In this document: positions 1 through 10,548 of the stretch, in pieces
How positions within the stretch are numbered: position 1 is the first letter of the stretch
Layout of the letters: the number at the start of each line of letters is the position of its first letter
NCBI GenBank assembly: GCA_029717555.1
Contig: JAMDHS010000032.1
Coordinates: 186,001 to 221,506 of the forward strand
Reading direction: 5' to 3'
From: Peribolospora baueri
Lineage: Eukaryota
Length of the DNA: 35,506 nt
Translations under genes and position numbers: made by a program
Notes under the pieces: model-generated
What the model was told of the DNA's origin: nothing
Databases searched by the model: none
The model's input: the letters and a program-made list of their open reading frames with translations, nothing else

Positions 1-17
1 ACGCCGAGCTACGGTAT

Positions 18-3000
18 ATGATCCGCTGCGACGATCTGGGCAAAGGCGGCGGCACGGACGACTGGACGTGCGGCAGTTGTCGCGGTCGCCTCTCTCAGGC
101 CCTTGGACGCAGGTGGAGCGACACCACAGCCGTGGCGCGGGCGCAGGGCGTCAACGGCCAGGGCACCACCGAGTGGTCTTGCAGGGAGAGAGATGGAGGA
201 GAGGAGTACATGTCCAGGACAAGCTTTCCGGAGGAGTTGTGGCGGCAAGCGGGTCCGTCGCGACCCGCTTCGACCGCCCCGACCAAGGTATTCGTGCCGC
301 GCGTGAGCAACTTGGAGTCGCATTCGTACACGTCGTCCCTATTCGACCGTCTCCCAATACCTTCCACAGTCCCGTCCGGTCACCATCAACCAGACCCCGC
401 TCCATCCAAACCTCTGGCCCCGCAGCCATGCGCACCTCCACCGACATTCGTCTCCTCGCCTACTTACCGCCCGTCTAGACCGTTCACTTCGCCCGCCCAA
501 CCGACTGTCGCTAACGACGTACATCGCTATCCATCTGTAGCATCGCCTCGAGAACCTGGCCAGGCCGGCATGAACGGGCCTTTCCTTCTTCACCCCAGTC
601 CAACCCAGCACCCTGTGATGTCGCTCTCCCCAGACCATCGTATGGTGGCGCAATCGCACCCACCGCCCACAACTACGAGACCGCTAGGCAGCGTTCCGCA
701 GCTTTTCCCTGCTCATGGCCTCATGCGCGTGCCAACGTACGCCGACGATGAACGTCTTGAACAGGCCGTCGACAAGCCCTTTTCTCCTCGCCTCTTAGGA
801 CATCCGGCTGTTAGTCTGCCACGGATGGTGGGTGCTCCCACTTACGCTCCTCCTCATTCTCCTGTTTCTCAGGCCCCGGCAAACCGAGAGAATCTTCAGA
901 CGCCTCCGAGGACGCCCGAGACATTTTATCCGGACGGCTGGCCTCCTCCATGGAGGCCCTCAGTAGAGCCGTTCAGCCCGGCTGCAAACCAGGAACATCT
1001 TCTTATGTCTCAGTCTCCCTCGCAAGCCTCGCCAGGAGCTACGACGTCTCCTGCGGAATCGCGAATGTCATCTTCGAGCCTGTCCAGTCCGGATCGACTT
1101 CCAATCTCACCTGCGCCTCCCCCTGCGCCGCCTTTGGTGGCGCGGAGTGCACCCGCGGGGGGCGTCCTGCGCTCGCCGCCCAATGATGTTGCTCCGCCTC
1201 TTTCTCCTGTTCGTTCGGCCCCTCCCAAAGCGGCCACGATAAGGCTGAGCGCACGCTCCCAGCAGTATCTGCAGCATGCTTCTTCAAGCTCCAGATTCTC
1301 TTCGCCCTCTCTTTCGTCTTCTCGTTCCCTGTCACCTTCAAAGGGCGCTACGGATCCGAACGGCATTCATCATCAATCGCTGGAGGACGCGACCAGACAT
1401 GTCAACGAAGCCGTCCGCGGAGATAGAGGCAGAGGCGGGGGCCTCAAGCTCATTTTGAAGCCACCGTCTCCACATGCTCCTGCCCCTCCAGCGACAGATG
1501 GCGATGTAGCCGGAACCGGTACGGACGGCGTGCAAACGCAAGACTCGCCAACAACACCCTCTCATACTTTCTCCCAAGCCGCCACCACTCCGTCGCCTTC
1601 TTGCCATCCGGAAACGCCCGTCATCAGTTTGGTGGATGTGGCTCCGGGGACGGCGAGCGCCATGGCGACAAACGCCAACAGCAAGGTGGGCGTGATCACA
1701 GGCACAAGGAAGCTGCTCCCAGGCCGTAAGCGATCGGCCAGCTCGTATTCCACGTTCGCAATCCCGTCCGCGGATCCCACGACGTCCGGAGTGCCAGTTC
1801 CGGAACGGCAGCAGCTATCGCTAACGCGCGTGAAGAAGCGGCGAGAGGAGGAGGAAATTTCAGGTGCCAATCTCGCGCTGAGGAGGGTTGTCGCTTCGCG
1901 GCAACAGCAGCTGCACCAACATCAGTGGGAACAGTCGCAGCACCAGCTCCAGCAGCATGGTCAGAGCCAACAGCAGAACCCTCGTCGATCGGAGAAGCAG
2001 AAACAGAGAGCGGAGAGCGATATGGAGGTAGACACGAATTCGGGGGAAGGGGATGGGGAAGGGGAATTTGGTTCCTCTCGAGGAGTAGATGGAGGGACAG
2101 CGTACTATCCAAAGGTACCGCAGGTTGGAGGCGCATCCTCGAACAGGTCGGGCAGGCTGGGTACGCCTTTCCAACACCATTTTACCGGCCAGGACGAAGC
2201 GCCGGCACCAGCTCCGTCATCATCATCACATTTCCATCCTCCCTTATCCCCCGTCGTCACTACCCTCGGCACCTCCCTCGACTCGTCCACCGACTCCGCG
2301 GACTCTTCGGAGGAGCAGGACGAGTACTCCATCCGTTACGTCTTGCGTGGGTTTACTGATAAGGAGCTTGAGAAGGAGTTAGCAAGGAGAAGGGGTCGGA
2401 AGAGGAAGTTGGCGATTCCATCGGCCCATGCGGACGGACCCTCAGTGGCCTCTTCCTCCCGATCCGTCTCACCTTCAACGGATCGTAATGAAGAGGGGGC
2501 GGTCGAGCGCGAGTTGGTGGGAGATGAGGATTTGGAGAAGGGCCCGTGGCTGGACGGGAAACTGCTTGCCCGCGCCGTGGCCGTCCTCCGATCCGCCGAT
2601 GAAGCTGGCTTAGGTCCACAACGACAGTCTGCAAAGCAAGGAGGAGGTGAGGAAGGGCCGGGCGCAGGAAGGTCGTGGTGGGACCTGCGTCCTCCTTCTC
2701 CATCTTTTCAGCCGCCTCCGTTGGATCCCTCCGCTCCGCTCTTAGACATGCGCTGGTACCGACCTGGCCCGTCCGCCGGCCCACTGGACGCGCTTAGAGC
2801 CGGATGGCCATCGTGGGTGTTCGCCGCGCTTGGAACGATCCGACTGGGCGACGTCGTGGGCCTTCGTGGGGAGGGGTGGAAAGGCGGCGTGGACTTTTTA
2901 CAGGAGGCTGGAGTAGGTGTCCGGAAGGGCCTGGAGATGATTGTGTGCGGCGGTGGCGGCGGTGGCGGCGGTGGCGGCGGACGAGGGAGGACTTCGCTGG

Positions 3001-3254
3001 TATGGCAGGGACAGGCTCGTGAAGCGGAGAAGAATGGGAGGAGAGGATGGGCGGGGATGAAGGAGAGCGTGGCCAGCAGGATCAAGAAGACGAGTCCTTC
3101 CGTCACCCACGCTCACGCTTTTGGAGGCGCGGGGGGCCTGCCAAGTAAAGGCCGCCCTGCCAAAGGTGCTGCCAATGGCCGCGGGTCGCCGCCGACGTTG
3201 TCGACTACCACGTATGTGCTCAAGGTGTCTAGGAAGGGAGCACGAGCCCACTAG
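18..3254 (+). CDS. Large low-complexity Pro/Ser-rich hypothetical protein, probably 5'-truncated, with a possible zinc-finger tail at the N-terminus
   Basis: 1078-aa uninterrupted ORF. The frame stays open upstream of the ATG to the window edge (AELRY-MIRC...). It has a W-x-C-x-x-C motif (DDWTCGSC), a Q-rich tract, basic NLS-like stretches (KKRR, RRRGRKRK) and a poly-Gly run. No family recognised. Confidence 0.7.
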   Translation: MIRCDDLGKGGGTDDWTCGSCRGRLSQALGRRWSDTTAVARAQGVNGQGTTEWSCRERDGGEEYMSRTSFPEELWRQAGPSRPASTAPTKVFVPRVSNLESHSYTSSLFDRLPIPSTVPSGHHQPDPAPSKPLAPQPCAPPPTFVSSPTYRPSRPFTSPAQPTVANDVHRYPSVASPREPGQAGMNGPFLLHPSPTQHPVMSLSPDHRMVAQSHPPPTTTRPLGSVPQLFPAHGLMRVPTYADDERLEQAVDKPFSPRLLGHPAVSLPRMVGAPTYAPPHSPVSQAPANRENLQTPPRTPETFYPDGWPPPWRPSVEPFSPAANQEHLLMSQSPSQASPGATTSPAESRMSSSSLSSPDRLPISPAPPPAPPLVARSAPAGGVLRSPPNDVAPPLSPVRSAPPKAATIRLSARSQQYLQHASSSSRFSSPSLSSSRSLSPSKGATDPNGIHHQSLEDATRHVNEAVRGDRGRGGGLKLILKPPSPHAPAPPATDGDVAGTGTDGVQTQDSPTTPSHTFSQAATTPSPSCHPETPVISLVDVAPGTASAMATNANSKVGVITGTRKLLPGRKRSASSYSTFAIPSADPTTSGVPVPERQQLSLTRVKKRREEEEISGANLALRRVVASRQQQLHQHQWEQSQHQLQQHGQSQQQNPRRSEKQKQRAESDMEVDTNSGEGDGEGEFGSSRGVDGGTAYYPKVPQVGGASSNRSGRLGTPFQHHFTGQDEAPAPAPSSSSHFHPPLSPVVTTLGTSLDSSTDSADSSEEQDEYSIRYVLRGFTDKELEKELARRRGRKRKLAIPSAHADGPSVASSSRSVSPSTDRNEEGAVERELVGDEDLEKGPWLDGKLLARAVAVLRSADEAGLGPQRQSAKQGGGEEGPGAGRSWWDLRPPSPSFQPPPLDPSAPLLDMRWYRPGPSAGPLDALRAGWPSWVFAALGTIRLGDVVGLRGEGWKGGVDFLQEAGVGVRKGLEMIVCGGGGGGGGGGGRGRTSLVWQGQAREAEKNGRRGWAGMKESVASRIKKTSPSVTHAHAFGGAGGLPSKGRPAKGAANGRGSPPTLSTTTYVLKVSRKGARAH

Positions 3255-4026
3255 CATTCTTTGCGCTTCGTCGCAAAGGCTCTGCATCCCGGGCCGGTAC
3301 GGACAGGTCGCATCTCGATAGGCCTTTCCACCGAAACGTGATGTTTTTGCCTTGTCACTTTACGCCATTCATACGTTTCTGGTTTTTTTTTTTGGCGCCA
3401 TCCTGTACCTGTCTCCACATATTCCCGGCTCCGCCTCTGAGCTCGACTTATGACGTCGCGCCACGTCGTGTCGCGTCTTTCCTTCTTACGATTATCTCAG
3501 ACCGTCATCGATCGAACTGCCATCGTTCGCTCACTTGTGTACGTGGACGAGAATCCACGAGGGCTTTGCGCTCCTCCAAAGAGTCTGTCTATGATCTATT
3601 TTCGCCTCTTCTACTCCGCACTCCATCCATCCCACCCATTTCCGGCAGTGCCTGCATGCCATGCTGATAGGATGAACTCCGTCCTGCCTTTCCTCCCAGC
3701 CCGCCCGCACTCTCCTACCACGGGAAACGCGCTTGTTTGTCCGCCTCCAGATCTTGCTCCAACCTGGACAGCCGCTTTTCCTCTTCTCCGCTTCGAGGCC
3801 AGCAGTGTCTTGGCTGATCGCTGGAAGTTGGAATGCCAGTGCGCGCGCTCGCGGTCCTCGCCAGTCCTCGACAGCCGCCATGTTGTTGGACGTCGTTCCG
3901 CCAGCTGAGGAAGTCAACCGCCCAACGACAAAACGTCTGAGAGGACAGAAGTGCTCCAGCCCTCGGCGGGAAGTGCTGGGAGTTCGAGGTGCTCATCCAT
4001 CGTCCCGTTCATGCTAGTCATCGTCC

Positions 4027-4846
4027 TCAGGCCGCGGCCACTTTCGTCCCGGCGGACTGTTCCTGCTCGCCCTCCATGTCATCGTCGTCACCCTCCTCTT
4101 CCTCGCTCTCTTCCTCCTCTTCCTCCCAGGCGGCTCGTCTTCTATGGTTGGGATTGGCCATGAACAAGTCATCCCCGTCATCATCGCTTTCACGCCCGGT
4201 CCGCTCCTCGTCGCCCGTCCCGCCGCGATCGAGCTTTTCGTCTTGGCCGTGCGGCTGGGTCGTTTTAACGTCGAACTCTTTCGGCCTGGATGCGCGGGGC
4301 CAACGCAGCAGAGTGAAGACAATCAGCGAGTCGTCCTAAAGCACAGATGGCTCTTACCACCTCATCCTCGCGATCCGCTTGCAAACTCACCATCTGCCCT
4401 CCTTCCTCATCTCTCGCACCTGCTGAGCCGATAGAGGCAAGACGATCTCCCCGCCGATTTTCGTGCCTTGTCCTGCTGAGGACGCGCTGCGGTCCATTAT
4501 TACATAGGAGCCTTGCGAGGGTAGACAGTAAGGAAGGAAGGACGGGATGAGTGTCAGCGGTATGGTGGCGGACATTGTCCTCGTCACCGCCAGCCAGGTC
4601 GAAATTGAATTTTCGTGTAGTCGCCGACGGCGGGGCGAAAGCGAGGAGAACACGTAAATACGCACCTCTTCGAATCCAGACGCTTCTTCTAAACCTCGCT
4701 GGTAGCTCGAGAAGCGTGACGTCTCCTCGGACATCCCGCACCTCGAACAAGTTCTGGCCCCTTGGAGCTCCCACGAGGCCGAGCTCTTGATGAGCGGCGA
4801 GGGGAGGTGGCGTGGCGTTGAGGTCGTAGGCGTTCTGGCGAGGCAT
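4027..4846 (-). CDS. EIF1AD: Probable RNA-binding protein EIF1AD (eIF1A/S1-like OB fold); exons 4846-4666, 4511-4391, 4285-4027
   Basis: The spliced product reads ...APRGQNLFEV...LELPARFRRSVWIRRG|SYVIMD...KIGGEIV...GRW|PKEF...DDLFMANPNHRR followed by an acidic tail, matching EIF1AD family motifs. Donors are GTGCGT and GTGAGT, branch points CTGAC/CTGAT, and intron phases are consistent. Confidence 0.9.
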
Positions 4847-5019
4847 AGTGACGGCTCAACGGGGCTATTCCGCCTCACTCGTTCCTTTCAGGGCTGATCT
4901 GCCTCTTCTCTATGACAACGACGTGGAAGTGTTCCTCTCCATCCACTCACTGTCTTCCGTCTGAATCTGATGTCGGAAGAGGCCACGCGAAGAATCGGCC
5001 GGCGGGGTCGTCGGGCAAG

Positions 5020-5029
5020 TTAGGGTTAC
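5020..5029 (-). promoter_or_regulatory. Telobox-like element GTAACCCTAA in the divergent EIF1AD / CUE-protein intergenic region
   Basis: TTAGGGTTAC on the + strand. The same 10-mer recurs at 31078-31087 in another divergent intergenic region. A regulatory role is inferred. Confidence 0.35.
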
Positions 5030-5310
5030 CGTCATTAGCCCGCGCGCCAGTCGGCGATTGCCTGTGACAGTAAGTGCCTGCCACACGTCGCCCGACGTCT
5101 CCCCTCTGTCCCCCCCACATCTTCCTTCCCTCCCCATGGGCAGTCGACGCCCAGATACCCCGCACCTCTCTCGCACATCTGCTCCGCTCTGGTCACAGTG
5201 CGGGCTTCCTTCACCGCCACCCGTAAACAGCTCGCACCGCCGGCGATTCCAGCCGAGCTGTGCTCACGTAACCTGCCCGGCGAGCGGAGTGGAGCTGATC
5301 GAGAGTGAGG

Positions 5311-8300
5311 ATGGCGTCTTCATCCTCTGGACAGTTGGGACAGACGGCGAAGAGCCCTTCTTCTCCGTCTCGTTCGCTCATCAATCTTGGTCCCTATCGT
5401 GAGTGGTTAAGATGATCCTCCTTTGATCCTTTCCGCCCGGCGGAAGGCAGCGCGGTTGGAGCCCCAGAGTAAAGACGGCAGAGTAAAGGTAGCACGGTCG
5501 CCGTGAGGGCGCCCGTAGTTACGGGTGGAGGTGTAGCTTGCCCCCGGCAAACTTGCTTTCATTCTTTCTTTGTCTCTTCTCTCCGGTCCGCATTGGAAAT
5601 TGGATGTGCGCGCCCGGTCTGACTTGCGCTGCCATTCTTCCCCGCAGCGGCCCCCCCTGTTCGAGGAGACACAGCCACCTCAGATACCTCCTTCTCCATC
5701 TCACTCTATGAACGGACGCCCTCCCCTCGCGCCGAAGACTCCGAGGACTATGATACTGCCTCCTCCACAGCAGGTCCTGCACCCTTGTCGACGTTATCCA
5801 CCGCTCCCTCTGTCGGTCTCGGCATCGATACGCTTGGGCGCGTCACCAAAGCCGCCGTGATGGGCGACGGCGACGTGGACGAGGAGGTCAACACGGATGG
5901 GAGCCACTACGACGAAGACGATGACAATGATATCCAAGCATCCTCGCACAGCGGCTCTCGCTACGAAGATGCTTACTCCACGTCACCTTCCGTTCCTCCT
6001 CGGAGGTCATCCCAACGCGGCTCTCCCCGGATCGGCGGTCCTCACACTGGCGGTGTTCCCCATACCAATATTTCAAGTCCTCCTCCGTCACGCTCGCCGC
6101 CTTCTTCCCGTTCTCCCAACACCGAGTGGAATAGGAATATCAGCCTCGTAGGGACGCCTTCATCGCATCACTCCGTCTTCCGGTCTCCAACAAGACCACC
6201 TGTCTCTATGGACGACCTTGACAGTATACTCGGTCTGGACCTCGCTGGGAAGCAGCAGCCTACTTCTGGGATCTCTGCAGCCGACATAAAGAGCGGAGGT
6301 GCAGTAACACCTCCCGTGCGCCCTCCGCGACGGTCGCCTTCTTCTTCGTCCATGTCCTCTCAGTTCGCCAGCCCGCCTTTGCCGTTTGAGCCTGTCCCTC
6401 CCGTCCCGACCACCCTCCCCGACGTCGCTTCTGCTTCCCCTGCTTCTAAAGATCAGCAACAAATGCTCCTTGCTCAGGTCGCTGTACTCGCGCCTCCTCA
6501 GATCGCTAAAATTTCTACAACAGAGAGCGGCAGTACCGGTGGGCTGTCGGTAGCATCTGCCAAGGCGGGCGGGGATGTCCAACTCACACTCAGCCCGGCC
6601 ACGCCTTCACATTCCGAACTCTACGAGGGAAATGCGGAAGGACAAAGAAGGTCTACAATGCCTCTTTTTGGTCCTAGCTCGACCTCTGCCGCTGCTACGA
6701 CTATTATCGCTTCTCCTCCGATGAACGCAATCCGCTTCGAGGCCGGGAACCTCAGCCGGTCTGTCTCCTTGGGGTCCCGCCACTCGTCGAACAGCGGTCC
6801 GGAAAGGCCACCGCGCAACCCTCGAAGGCCTCCGAGCAGGCCCGGCAGCGATGTCGGCAGCGCGAAGAGTAGCCCTTGGCCCAGTCCGCTATCATCTTCT
6901 ATTGCGCTTCCCACAGGGGATGACGGAGGGGGCACTGCGGGCGACACAGACGGTGAAAGGAGATTAAGTAGTAGCAGTGCCAGACCTAGGCCCAAAAGCA
7001 CGCCGAGTCCTTTAGGCGGAGCTATCCTATCTTTAGCCGAGATTCAGCAAGACGAGCGGGACAAGAAGGGCTATGGCGACAGTTTCTCCGCCTTCGGCAG
7101 CAGTGACCAGACCGGCAACTGCTTCGAGAACGGCCCTGGCGGCCTTTCGGATCTATCATCCCTTCCTCCCCCCATGTCCAACCCAAGTCCGCGCCAACTG
7201 ACGCCTGGCATCGGCGAGGGCGAAAACGTTGCGCCGACCATGACGCCGTCACAAGATGTGATACTGCCTGCCCTGTCTTCTCCAGATAAATTTCAGACGG
7301 CTACGGGGGCTCCTGTGCTCTCTCAACGTCCCAACCAGCCCGTTTTGTCGGTCGATGGGCCTGAGAACGGGAACGAACAGGGCCAGGACCGTAAGCATGA
7401 GCCCGGTCATGAGCCCGATACCGGCATTGTCACTGCTTGGGAGGCCGAACCAAGGGCTTCCTTGGATGGCGGACGGCCGAAGACGTTGGCGGAAGCGAGA
7501 GCTTTGGCGAAGAGTCGGGCAACCGCAAGGAAGATGAGCACCACGATGAAGGTCAGTCCTGTGGCTGAGCATGAGGGCGAAGCCGGTGCGGTTGCGGCAG
7601 CTGGGACTGGCGCAGATGACGCCGGCCGCAACGCTCTGGCGCGTCGTTCTGAAGATATCAACGCCATTATGGACGACCAAACTCTATCGCAGTCCCTGTC
7701 TCCTAGCGAAGGTAGCTCCGTCTACTCGCAAAACTCGGAGAGCCTGCTGGACCACCGCGGACCTCCGCCGTCCTCGTCGACTGGGGCCGGGACAGGGACG
7801 GGGAGACGAGGGTCGATCAAGTCCATCAAGTCGCTCAAGGGTCTCATGAGCTCTGAGCGGCGGAGAAGTATGAGAAAGAGTAGGAGCGACACCGTGTCGT
7901 CGTCGTCGCCTGGTCCGTCTTCTATGGAAAGGTGTTCCTCTGCCGGCGCTGTAATCGGGCATGGAAGTCGGCTAGACGAAACCGGTCCTGGTGGTAGTCA
8001 TGGGTTTGGCGTGGGAGAGAACCCTAGGCGCGCCAGTCATATTCGGGAAGGCGCACACAGCAGGGTATCGATTTCCGAGGACGGCCCGCAGCTGGTGGAA
8101 GTGCCGGATGGCAGCACCGATTTGGAACTGCTGCCTACGCCAAGAAAGCCGTCACACAAGCGGCAAGGCACGACGAACAGCATCAAAGAGCTTCAGGACG
8201 CTGTCCAGGCTGCTATGAAGGACCTTGGCAGCACTGGCGAGGAGGACGATGTCAGCCTTTCCCCTCCCTCCACCGTGAGCTCCCACGCTGAGAACGAGGT

Positions 8301-10247
8301 GCTGAGAGACATTTCTAGGTTGTCACCCCGTCTGCCTAGTGGTGATAAAGGGTTGTCGAAAGCTACACGGACGTCTCTGGCGCCCATTTCCATCCTTCCT
8401 CCAGGACGACATTCCATCTCCAGCGACTACCGCCCCGAACGGCCGTTGCTGGACGAACACGGTACTGGCATTCGTTCTAGCCCTTCCACGCCCCAACTAC
8501 ACAGCACTGCCACCTCCCCTCGTACACCCACAAACGCCAAACCTTATCCTCACCCCCTGTCTCCTATGAGTCAGGCCGGCGGCATTCAGTCTGCAAGGTC
8601 AGCCGTTGGTCCGTCCCCGCTCAGGTCGCCCCATGGATCTTCATCAGCGGGTAGCAAGGCTACATTTGACAGCGGGTTCAGTGCTGCGAAGAAGTCACCC
8701 ACCTCCCTCCGCTCTTTCAACACTACGAGCACCACCACTGCGTACATCCCTCGTAGTACCTCAACCGGTCTTACAGGAGGCGCGGTCGCCGGACTTCCCG
8801 TCCGGCTGCCCATATACGGAAAGACATTGCCGTGGCCGGACGCCTTCGAGGCGCATCAGATTGCAAGGGCTAAGGCGATGACGACGTGGGATCGTGCGAG
8901 CGCGTATGCACGAAGGACGAATGAGCTACTGGCTATGCCTAGTGGCTTTGGCTTCTGGATGGTGTATACCATAGAGGGGAAGAGATCCGGAGGAGGTGAG
9001 CTGAGCATAAACCCGCCTTGGACTAATACGTGCTCCGGAACGAATTCTGTGGCTGATGTTTCCTTTCGCCCACTCGTACACGTCCAATACCAGTTGTGAC
9101 CAATTCGGCGAATACTTTTCCGACCAATCTGCGAATTCCCTCCCATGTCAGCAGCCCTTTGTCCACCGTCTCACGGTTAGGTCACGTCCGTGATGAGGGG
9201 TCGTACGCTCAGTCGATAGCTTCGGAAGCCACATTCCCCATGCGGGCCGACGCGGTGAAGGCAAAGGACCTTACGCTCTCTCCCGACCTCACTGCGTCTC
9301 CGCCTAGAACAGTCCCGCCCGATCTTCCTTATCCTGGCCTCGTCAGCCCTCCACGGTCGACCGCCGCCGCGGACAGGACCACGTCGACGCTCTCAGTCGT
9401 TTCAAATCGCGCCCTCCCGAATCAGTCTTTCTCTAATTCTGCGGCGCTCACCCGTGCGCGCAGTGCCTTGCCGACGCTACCACCCAAAGATGTCCAGCTA
9501 GGCGCCTCTCAAGGCCGCTTCGCTACGTTTTCCTCTGTCAGCATCGCCGGCGAAAAGGCCGCGAAGTCCCCCTCTCTCGGCGGCAAGTCGGTTTCCTTCT
9601 TTTCCAGCCTAGGACGTAAGGGTAGTAAACGCGGTGGCATGACGGGCCCGAGGGGACCGCGTGGCAACAACGGAAGGTCGAGCAGTCTCTCCGGAGAGAC
9701 CATCATCAACCCGCTGCATCTTACCTCTTCGCCTCCTACCTCACCCATCATGAGCTCGCATGGTTCTTTCTCCGTCATGTCGACGAGTTCCAACTTGGAG
9801 AGCGTATCTCGACCCCTCGCTACGCTCCCCGAAGGTACTCCCGCACCTTATTCCGGCCCCACTTCGACGACCAGCACTGGCGGTAGTGGCTCCAGAAGCT
9901 TTGGCAGAAGTCTCGGTTCTGAATCGAACCTCAGCTCGCCCAACCTCTTGTCTGTCAGCGGCAACGGAGGCAGCGGCACTGACTACGGCCACTCGGCGTC
10001 GTCGGGGTCGGTACGCAGCACCTTCTCGTACGGTTCCACCCTCCGCCGCTCTCGCTCTCCTGGCCAGCTGCCGGCAGGCATGGATGAGGCATCGTTCGAG
10101 GCGGCGCTCGAGAAGCTCGCCGATATTCTCCCTCATGCTGACCGTAGCACGCTCGTTATCTACCTTCGTCGCGCTGGAGGGAGCGACCTCAAAGCTATCG
10201 GCGACTATCTTAGCGACGAGAGTCAGGGTCAGCTCAAGACTAAGTAA
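5311..10247 (+). CDS. ~1529-aa Ser/Pro-rich disordered protein with a C-terminal CUE/UBA-like helical domain; exons 5311-5398, 5648-8995, 9094-10247
   Basis: ORFs 5785..9099 and 9096..10247 are joined by phase-1 intron 8996-9093 (GTGAGC...CTGAT...CAG). An upstream exon from ATG 5311 joins through phase-1 intron 5399-5647 (GTGAGT...CTGAC...CAG). Total 4590 nt, in frame. The C-terminus FEAALEKLADILPHADRSTLVIYLRRAGGSDLKAIGDYL resembles the CUE pattern. Confidence 0.8.
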
Positions 10248-10548
10248 CGTCAGCAATTTTCTTTTTCGTCGTTGTCTACGATTTCTCAACCTGGTTCCGA
10301 CGTGTGCGTCCCAAATATCATCCCGGTCGGTTTATGGGCACTCGTTTCACCGCATATTTTCCGTGTCTCCATGTAACATACCATCCACATGACACCCCTT
10401 CATTTCTGCCTCGTTTTCAGCGCCAAACGGCTCGATGTCGTACTTTTGTATTCTCTCACTCTCTCTGATTTCCACAACTTCAACTCGGTCTGTCCGTACG
10501 TGCGGAACGAAGGAATGTAACTGGATCAATTTCGCTGGTACCTCATTG

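Noticed and set aside
5785..9099. ORF-track proteins 5785..9099 and 9096..10247 treated as two genes
   Set aside because: Both start at non-ATG codons and join through canonical introns into one gene starting at ATG 5311.
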